Part shown: piece by piece, positions 26,034 to 32,000 of the stretch | Numbering within the stretch: position 1 is the first letter of the stretch | Layout of the letters: every line of letters starts with the position of its first letter | Origin: Geotalea daltonii FRC-32 | Lineage (GTDB): Bacteria > Desulfobacterota > Desulfuromonadia > Geobacterales > Geobacteraceae | Assembly: GCF_000022265.1 (NCBI RefSeq) | Contig: NC_011979.1 | Span: forward strand, 1,530,001 to 1,562,000 | DNA: 32,000 bases | Direction: 5' to 3' | The notes under the pieces: generated by a model | What the model was told of the DNA's origin: nothing | The model's input: the letters and a program-made list of their open reading frames with translations, nothing else | The model's database searches: none | Made by a program: the position numbers and the translations under genes

Positions 26034-27128
26034 TCAGAGATTCCCGGCTCCGAGCATGGGGGCGCTAGCGGACTGGCTACCGGCATCTGGAGTTTTGCCG
26101 CGATTTTTGGCGATGTTGGCGCCGGTCTTGTCTGTGTGGATGCAGACCCGATTCTTCCCTTCCCGCTTTGCGCGGTACAGGGCGTTGTCTGCGCGGTGCA
26201 CCAGCTCGCTGATCGGAATTTTTGCCGTATCGAAGGTACAGGCGATGCCGATGCTGACGGTCTGGCTGAAGTGCTGCCCGCCAAATGCAAAAGTCATGGC
26301 AGAGAACCTCATCCTCATGCGTTGGGCGATTTCTGTGGCTTTGGTTGATGGGGTGGCAGGCAGAACAACGGCAAATTCCTCACCGCCATAGCGTGCAACC
26401 AGGTCCGCTCCCCGACAACTTTCCCGGAGAATCGCGGCAAAGGTTGCCAGTACCTGATCGCCGGCAGCATGGCCGAAAGTGTCGTTAACCAGCTTGAAAT
26501 CGTCCAGATCCAGAAGGAGCAATGACAATGGCATCAACTTGTGCAATTCTCCCTCTATAGACAATATTTCATCGAATACCCGCCGATTGTATAGTCCCGT
26601 CAACCCATCCCGCATTGCCAGTTCTTTGACCTTATTGAACTCCAGGGAGTTTTTCAGTGCCTGGGCAAAGTTTTCGGTGACGGTAGCAAGGAAATGCCTG
26701 GAAAAAACGCCTATTGCTTGCCTGTGGAGGCAGATCTCCACTTTTCCTATCTTTTCAGGTAGCTGGAAAGTAAACCAGCGTGTGGGTTTGTTGTCGCTGT
26801 CGGCCTCGCCTCCTGTCTCCAGTGTCGATTCTGCGCTTCTATCTTCCAGAGGTGAGAAGCTGAAGGTTTTGCAGCCGCTGTCCAGCTCAAGGGTAAAGAC
26901 GATCCGTTGGTAGACGATGTAATCGAAGAGGATTCTTGATGCTATGGCACAGACATCATCGGGATCCAGAGTGGCATTTACTGCGCCCATGAATTTTGCC
27001 AGGAACAGTGCCTCATTCAGTTGTCGGATAAGATCCGGTGCTTTCTGACCACTCCCGTCATTGTCCTCGCCAGCCGGGTTAGATAAACCGATGTTTTCGA
27101 CAGTCGAAAGTATCCGCTCCTTTTTCAT
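26034..27128 (-). CDS. Diguanylate cyclase (GGDEF) with an N-terminal GAF-like sensor region
   Basis: DGLTGLYNRR, active site RYGGEEF and the I-site RGAD five residues upstream. 364 aa. Confidence 0.9.
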   Translation of the reverse strand: MKKERILSTVENIGLSNPAGEDNDGSGQKAPDLIRQLNEALFLAKFMGAVNATLDPDDVCAIASRILFDYIVYQRIVFTLELDSGCKTFSFSPLEDRSAESTLETGGEADSDNKPTRWFTFQLPEKIGKVEICLHRQAIGVFSRHFLATVTENFAQALKNSLEFNKVKELAMRDGLTGLYNRRVFDEILSIEGELHKLMPLSLLLLDLDDFKLVNDTFGHAAGDQVLATFAAILRESCRGADLVARYGGEEFAVVLPATPSTKATEIAQRMRMRFSAMTFAFGGQHFSQTVSIGIACTFDTAKIPISELVHRADNALYRAKREGKNRVCIHTDKTGANIAKNRGKTPDAGSQSASAPMLGAGNL

Positions 27129-27291
27129 GGTTCCCTATGCTCCCGAAGTTTTACAGCTTGAAATTGGATGTAAAACGTGAAGTAAATCACTATATGCAAT
27201 ATCTTTGCCATCTTTGTATAATGGTAATTGCTTTGCATTACAGGTATTTATTAGGTGCAGACGTAGAAAATTATCCCATTAGATTCATTTC

Positions 27292-27335
27292 AATGTCACC
27301 CAAGAAGTCAAAATAATGACTTCTTGGGTGACATT
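27292..27335. repeat. Perfect 19-bp inverted repeat with a 6-nt spacer
   Basis: AATGTCACCCAAGAAGTCA-AAATAA-TGACTTCTTGGGTGACATT. It sits in the 303-bp AT-rich divergent GGDEF/PilZ spacer, and no U-tract follows on either strand. Confidence 0.9.
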
Positions 27336-27431
27336 AGAAGGGATAACTCTTCCTTTCGCTTTAAAAAAAGATGTGGTAATCTGGCAACGTTTTAACGTAG
27401 ACCCAAGGCATGGGTGAGGAAAGGACTTTTT

Positions 27432-27788
27432 GTGACGCAAAGAAAATTCGATCGGTTCAGTTTCAAGGCTGACGCTCATATTACCTATAATAATGTGACC
27501 TTCACGGGGGAAGTGGCAGACCTTAGTCTAAAAGGATTATTTGTCAAGACCACTCAGGTCATTGCCGTAAATGAACCGGTAAAGGTCAGCATAAACTTCA
27601 AGGGGTCTGAGGAGAAATTTTCCTTTACCATTCCGGCGACAGTTGTACGCAGGACTGATACCGGTATTGGCCTCAGTTTCAAAAGGATCGACATGGATTC
27701 GGTGCTCTGTGAAAAACGTGCCACAGATGGCCAAGAGGAAGCGGACGCTCTTAAGGAGTTTGTCGACGACGCGGATACATCTTCTTGA
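27432..27788 (+). CDS. PilZ domain protein (c-di-GMP receptor)
   Basis: QRKFDR (RxxxR) and DLSLKG (DxSxxG). I prefer the GTG at 27432, which lies 7 nt after AGGAAAGG. The track starts at the GTG at 27414. Confidence 0.8.
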   Translation: MTQRKFDRFSFKADAHITYNNVTFTGEVADLSLKGLFVKTTQVIAVNEPVKVSINFKGSEEKFSFTIPATVVRRTDTGIGLSFKRIDMDSVLCEKRATDGQEEADALKEFVDDADTSS

Positions 27789-27947
27789 TATTTTGAGAAA
27801 CCTGCCGGGAGATGCCGGTTCTCCTGGTGGCATCTTGTCTCTGGGGTCAGTTCATTTGCCAACTGGTGCTTTATATCAATTGTCCATGGCTGCATGTTTT
27901 TGCGTAGAGGGTGGTTGACTGTCACCCATAAAAGGAGGAGGTTGATC

Positions 27948-28811
27948 ATGTTGAGAAGAGTCTGCTTGATGGTAACGGTGTCGCTGCTTTCTCTCTGTCT
28001 GTCAGGTTGCCTGGTGGGCGAGGGCAAATATCTGAAGAAGGTGGAAGAGGCGGAATCGCTGAACAAGAGCCTGACATCGCTGCAGCAGCAATACGATGCC
28101 CTGTCGGCAGAAAATGAGATATTGAAGTCATCGGTGAGCAAGCTGACGAAGGATTTGGCTGCAGCCAACAAGGACAAGGAAAAACTTGCAGCCGATAACA
28201 AGGAACTGGACAAGGTGCTCAAGGCCAAATCGGATACCTTGTCAAAGAATATATCAGAGCTGAGGCAGAAGGTGACCGACCTGGAGACTGAGAATGCCAG
28301 GCTGAAGGACGAGATAGCAAACCTGAAGAAAGCAAAGGAAGAAGAGGTACAGAAAACCAGCAAGACATATGAGGATCTGCTGGAAAAAATGAAGAGTGAG
28401 ATTTCCCAGGGTCAGGTGACCATCTCTGAGCTCAAGGGGAAGCTGACCGTCAATATGGTGGACGCTGTTCTCTTTGACTCCGGAAAGGCAGAAATCAAGC
28501 CGGAAGGACTCATTGTCCTGCAGAAGGTAATCGATATCCTGAAAAACATCAAGGACAAGTCTATCCGCATCGAGGGCCATACGGACAATGACCAGATAGG
28601 CGGTGCCCTGGCGAAAAAATACCAGACCAATTGGGAACTTTCCGCCGCTCGTGCCATAAATGTAACCCGTTATCTGCAGCAACAGGGCATTGATCCGCTC
28701 AACCTGTCGGCTATTGCCTACGGGGAATTCAAACCGGTTGCCGCCAATGATTCCCGTGAAGGTAAAGCAAAGAACAGGCGGATCGAGATCATCCTTGTAC
28801 CAAAGGAGTAG
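27948..28811 (+). CDS. OmpA/MotB-family peptidoglycan-binding lipoprotein with a long coiled coil
   Basis: Lipobox LSLCLSGC after the ATG at 27948 (AAAGGAGGAGG SD). About 150 aa of heptad-like E/K/L sequence. OmpA_C motifs are present (VLFDSGKAEI, IEGHTDN, NWELSAARA, NRRIEI). Confidence 0.88.
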   Translation: MLRRVCLMVTVSLLSLCLSGCLVGEGKYLKKVEEAESLNKSLTSLQQQYDALSAENEILKSSVSKLTKDLAAANKDKEKLAADNKELDKVLKAKSDTLSKNISELRQKVTDLETENARLKDEIANLKKAKEEEVQKTSKTYEDLLEKMKSEISQGQVTISELKGKLTVNMVDAVLFDSGKAEIKPEGLIVLQKVIDILKNIKDKSIRIEGHTDNDQIGGALAKKYQTNWELSAARAINVTRYLQQQGIDPLNLSAIAYGEFKPVAANDSREGKAKNRRIEIILVPKE

Positions 28812-28876
28812 GTGCACCTGCATTGTGAAAATAACTGAAAGGATAAGGGCCCGTCTTCGGCTCCCTCTGCAACTGG

Positions 28877-29572
28877 ATGAAAAAAGAAAAAAAGCAGCCT
28901 TTGCCGAAAGAAGGAAACTTCTCCCATAACCCCTTCAAATCACTGAAAGGCATCGAGGCGAAACCAGCCACTGACTCCAAAAAGCCGGTGTCTCCTCCGC
29001 CAGCAACTGAACCACCGCCTGCCGTTGACGATGATCTGACTCTGTTTCTCCGTGAAGTGGCCGATGTGCGGAGAATGGACGAAAATACAAAGACTTCAGG
29101 TAAAGCTGTTCCATCGAAACCGCCAGTTGTACAGCGGATTGACGATAGCGAAAGGAAGGTCTTTCTCAAGGCGTTGGAAAAGCTGGAAATGGATGTGGTC
29201 TTTCAGGATGAGTTGCCCGATGATGTGGAACCCCTGCGGCCCTTGAACCAAAACAGGCTGCGGCAGCTCAGGCGTGGGACGATCCGCATCGACTTTCAGC
29301 TGGATCTTCATGGCCTGACCAGGGATGAGGCAGTGGAAAGCTTGGCTCGATTCGTGACAGGCGCCTATAATCGCGCACAGAAGGCAGTCCTGGTTATTAC
29401 CGGAAAAGGAAACAACTCTTCCGGCGAGCCCGTGTTGCAAGCGGCTGTTGCCGGCTGGCTGCGCGACAAGGGAAAGGAAATGGTCGCCGAATTCGCCCCG
29501 GCCCCTCGGCAGATGGGGGGGAGCGGCGCCTTTGTCGTCTTTTTGAAGGACAAGGTTCGGGTCCAGAAATAA
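28877..29572 (+). CDS. Smr domain protein
   Basis: C-terminal Smr motifs (LDLHGLTRDEAVESL, VITGKGNNS). The N-terminal half looks Pro/Lys-rich and disordered. Confidence 0.85.
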   Translation: MKKEKKQPLPKEGNFSHNPFKSLKGIEAKPATDSKKPVSPPPATEPPPAVDDDLTLFLREVADVRRMDENTKTSGKAVPSKPPVVQRIDDSERKVFLKALEKLEMDVVFQDELPDDVEPLRPLNQNRLRQLRRGTIRIDFQLDLHGLTRDEAVESLARFVTGAYNRAQKAVLVITGKGNNSSGEPVLQAAVAGWLRDKGKEMVAEFAPAPRQMGGSGAFVVFLKDKVRVQK

Positions 29573-29585
29573 AGCAAAAAATACA

Positions 29586-29614
29586 TTGACACAAGACTAT
29601 CACATTGATAGTGT
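29586..29614 (+). promoter_or_regulatory. Candidate sigma70 promoter for the second SAM leader
   Basis: TTGACA (29586..29591), a 17-nt spacer, then TAGTGT (29609..29614). The spacer and -10 overlap a CTATCA-cat-TGATAG palindrome. Confidence 0.4.
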
Positions 29615-29664
29615 ATCAGTACGCTTTGTTGCAAGTGAATTAGTAAACAAACAACCGAATAACA

Positions 29665-29818
29665 TTCTTATCAAGAGCGACTGAGGGACCGGCCCTGTGA
29701 CGTCGCGGCAACCCCCTGCAAAGGGAAGGTGCCAAATCCTGCGAAACTTAGGTTTCGGGAGATAAGGAAGAGAAGAACATCACCAGAATCCTCTTCCTGC
29801 CCCGGAAGGGGATTTTTT
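29665..29818 (+). promoter_or_regulatory. SAM-I (S-box) riboswitch with intrinsic terminator
   Basis: TTCTTATCAAGAGCGACTGAGGGACCGGCCCTGTGACGTCGCGGCAACC...GGTGCCAAATCCTGCG...GGGAGATAAGGAA, then ATCCTCTTCC-TGCCCC-GGAAGGGGAT followed by TTTTT (29788..29818). Confidence 0.92.
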
Positions 29819-29879
29819 CATTGCGGCAGATAAATTACGGTTCTCCGCACTGGTGAATAAATTAAATGGGGGTGACGCG

Positions 29880-31034
29880 ATGCACATTTCGACAGAGGCA
29901 GTACAGATTGGGCTGGATTGGGATTCAAGGACGGGGGCGGTTACCGTTCCCATTTATCAGACTGCAACTTTCAGGCATCCCGGACTGGGGCAGAGTACCG
30001 GCTATGACTACAGCCGCTCGGGCAATCCGACCAGGCAGGCATTGGAAGAGGGCATTGCCCGTCTCGATGGGGGGGCGAGGGGTTTTGCCTATGCCTCGGG
30101 GATGGCAGCGATAACTAACCTGCTCATGCTGTTTCAGCGTGGCGACCACCTGATCGTCACAGAGGACCTGTACGGCGGCACTTACCGACTCTTCGAGCAG
30201 ATCTTCCACCAGTACGGCCTGGAGTTCACCTATGTGGATACTTCCTCCCTGGACGAGGTGGCGGCAGCTCTTAAGCCCAATACCAAGGCACTCTTCGTTG
30301 AATCTCTGACCAATCCGCTGCTGAAGGTGGCGGACATTAGGGCTTTGAGCAACCTCTGCCGGGAGCGGCAGCTGCTCTGCATCGTCGACAATACTTTTCT
30401 GACGCCATACCTGCTCCGGCCACTGGACCTTGGGGCGGACATCACCGTTTACAGCGCCTCCAAATACCTGGCAGGTCATAATGACACCATTGCCGGTCTC
30501 GTTGTGGCGAAAGATCCCCAGCTCGCTGAGCGCATTTATTTCCTGCAGAACTCGGTCGGTGCCGTGCTGGGACCCCAGGATTCATGGCTGGTGATCCGCG
30601 GCATGAAAACTCTGAGCGTCAGGATGGACCGGCAGCAGGAAAATGCAGCTGCCCTGGCATCCTGGCTGGAGGGACACCCAACGGTGGCAAAAGTTCATTA
30701 TCCGGGGCTTGCAGGACATGCAGGTCATGATCTATTGAAAGGCCAGGCTCGAGGATTCGGCGCCATGATAGCCTTCGAGGTAACCGATCCGGCATTGGTG
30801 GAGACGCTGCTGCTCAAGACGCGTTTGATCTCCTTTGCGGAAAGCCTTGGCGGGGTGGAGACCTTGATCACCTTCCCCGAGTTGCAGACCCATGCCGATA
30901 TAAAGGCCGAGATAAGAGCCAGGTTGGGCATCAATAATGTACTGTTGCGGCTGTCGGTGGGAATCGAAGATGTCAACGATCTCATTGCAGATCTGGAACA
31001 GGCCTTTGCACAGGAAGAAAAGGGGGAAGCATGA
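29880..31034 (+). CDS. Cys/Met-metabolism PLP enzyme (cystathionine gamma-synthase / beta-lyase family)
   Basis: YSRSGNPTR, DNTFLTPY and the PLP-lysine motif SASKYLAGHND. The ATG at 29880 follows GGGGGTGA. The track starts at a GTG at 29853. Confidence 0.9.
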   Translation: MHISTEAVQIGLDWDSRTGAVTVPIYQTATFRHPGLGQSTGYDYSRSGNPTRQALEEGIARLDGGARGFAYASGMAAITNLLMLFQRGDHLIVTEDLYGGTYRLFEQIFHQYGLEFTYVDTSSLDEVAAALKPNTKALFVESLTNPLLKVADIRALSNLCRERQLLCIVDNTFLTPYLLRPLDLGADITVYSASKYLAGHNDTIAGLVVAKDPQLAERIYFLQNSVGAVLGPQDSWLVIRGMKTLSVRMDRQQENAAALASWLEGHPTVAKVHYPGLAGHAGHDLLKGQARGFGAMIAFEVTDPALVETLLLKTRLISFAESLGGVETLITFPELQTHADIKAEIRARLGINNVLLRLSVGIEDVNDLIADLEQAFAQEEKGEA

Positions 31035-32000
31035 AGTTCGGCACGCAGATCATTCACAACAAGCATAGCATCGATCCATACGCAAAGGGGCTGTCGGTGC
31101 CTATCTACCAAGTCTCCACCTTCGCCCAGGAGTCTGTTGACCATTTCGGCAAGTACGACTATGCCCGCTCGGGCAACCCCACCCGGGATGCACTGGAGGA
31201 GACGGTGGCGCTACTGGAAAACGGCAGCCACGGCTTTGCCTTCGCCTCGGGGATGGCGGCTATCTCCTCGGTGCTATTGCTCTTTTCCCCCGGCGACCAT
31301 CTGGTCGTCTGCGAAGATGTCTACGGCGGCGCCTTCAGGGTACTGACCACCCTTTTCACGCGCTTGGGCATCCAATCGACTTTCGTGGATGCCACTGATC
31401 CGGCGAGAATTGCCGAAGCCATCACTCCCGCCACCAAAGCCATCTACCTGGAAACGCCTTCAAATCCACTGCTGAAGATTACAGACCTCCGGGCTGCTGT
31501 GGATCTGGCCAAGGAGCGAGGCCTGCTCACCCTGGTGGATAATACCTTCATGACTCCTTACCTGCAGAGGCCCTTGGATCTGGGCTGTGACATCGTCCTC
31601 CACAGTGGCACCAAATTTCTAAACGGCCACAGCGACGTCATCTGCGGTTTTGCCGTGGTGAAGGACGAAGGGCTTGGCAAGCAAATCAAGTTCATCCAGA
31701 ACGCCTTCGGTGCGATACTCGGCCCACAGGATTGCTGGCTGGTGCTGCGCGGTCTGAAAACTCTGCGGGTCAGGATGGATGAGAGCCAGAAGAGCGCATT
31801 CAGCGTGGCCAATTGGCTGACCCAGCAGCGACGGGTGACGGAAGTTTTTTATCCCGGCCTGGAACAGCACCCGGGGTATGGGGTGCACAAGTCCCAGTCG
31901 GCGGGGCCGGGGGCGGTGTTGTCCTTCAAACTGGAAACGGTGGAACTGACCCACCGCCTGCTTGAGAAAATGGAATGTGCAGCCTTTGCCGTCAGCCTCG
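31031..32000 (+). CDS. Second Cys/Met-metabolism PLP enzyme (cystathionine beta-lyase / gamma-synthase family), 3'-truncated by the window edge
   Basis: Hand translation from the ATG at 31031 (ATGA overlap with the upstream stop) stays open to 32000: MKFGTQIIH...YARSGNPTR...DNTFMTPY...HSGTKFLNGHSD. This ORF is absent from the supplied ORF track. Confidence 0.88.
   Translation, partial: MKFGTQIIHNKHSIDPYAKGLSVPIYQVSTFAQESVDHFGKYDYARSGNPTRDALEETVALLENGSHGFAFASGMAAISSVLLLFSPGDHLVVCEDVYGGAFRVLTTLFTRLGIQSTFVDATDPARIAEAITPATKAIYLETPSNPLLKITDLRAAVDLAKERGLLTLVDNTFMTPYLQRPLDLGCDIVLHSGTKFLNGHSDVICGFAVVKDEGLGKQIKFIQNAFGAILGPQDCWLVLRGLKTLRVRMDESQKSAFSVANWLTQQRRVTEVFYPGLEQHPGYGVHKSQSAGPGAVLSFKLETVELTHRLLEKMECAAFAVSL

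Noticed and set aside
27293-27316. Mini-ORF ATG TCA CCC AAG AAG TCA AAA TAA (MSPKKSK) inside the 19-bp palindrome; its mirror on the other strand reads MSPKKSLF
   Set aside because: There is no SD on either strand, and the two-strand symmetry is an automatic consequence of the palindrome. There is no evidence for a leader peptide.
27380-27450. GACGCAAAG and TGGCAACG strings reminiscent of the GEMM-I c-di-GMP riboswitch, upstream of or at the PilZ start
   Set aside because: The surrounding sequence lacks the GGCAAACC...GAAA...GGGACGCAAAGCC..CCGG architecture and paired helices. GACGCAAAG is simply codons 2-4 of the PilZ CDS.
27554-28363. 269-aa Ser/Leu/Phe-rich minus-strand ORF
   Set aside because: It is antisense to the PilZ 3' end and the coiled coil of the OmpA-like lipoprotein. 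The sense strand has a lipobox, an SD and OmpA_C motifs.
29597-29611. CTATCA-cat-TGATAG palindrome overlapping the candidate promoter of the second SAM leader
   Set aside because: A 6+6 palindrome is expected several times by chance in 32 kb, and no second copy was seen upstream of metX. It is noted only as part of the promoter evidence.

Overview
This window reads as ordinary core chromosome of a Geobacter/Desulfuromonadales-like deltaproteobacterium. That placement is inferred from a multihaem c-type cytochrome, GGDEF/PilZ density and gene style, and I cannot verify it here. Left to right the window holds: a GT4 glycosyltransferase; rmuC; an alpha/beta hydrolase; a 166-bp palindromic repeat; an AT-rich PilZ gene; and the minus-strand recC-recB-recD operon, joined by ATGA overlaps. 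Next come metX behind a SAM-I riboswitch; a 56-aa membrane peptide plus a TIGR02757/DUF2400 protein; a PNPOx-like protein; and a tight HIT-nfo-macro-dtd operon. These are followed by dapF; a small ORF plus a trihaem cytochrome c; Rrf2-cysK-larE-like; and hsp20, which is flanked by repeats, including the second, inverted copy of the 166-bp element. The window ends with a 57-aa ORF; DUF4177-polA; a GGDEF cyclase divergent from PilZ, an OmpA-type coiled-coil lipoprotein and an Smr protein; then a second SAM-I riboswitch driving two overlapping cystathionine gamma-synthase/beta-lyase-family genes. The second of these genes runs off the window and is missing from the ORF track. I saw no transposase, integrase, CRISPR array, tRNA/rRNA or recognisable defence or toxin genes. 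I do not find a convincing novel multigene system. The best leads are regulatory or repeat-level: (1) the MITE-like element sitting in the hsp20 leader and supplying a PilZ stop codon; (2) a perfect 19-bp inverted repeat in the c-di-GMP locus, with a matching half-site at the next promoter; (3) recCBD lying 27 bp downstream of riboswitch-controlled metX with no terminator; (4) a DUF2400 protein carrying an EndoIII-like Fe-S loop; (5) an orphan three-Cys LarE-like gene attached to cysK. All function calls come from motif recognition by eye; no searches were run.
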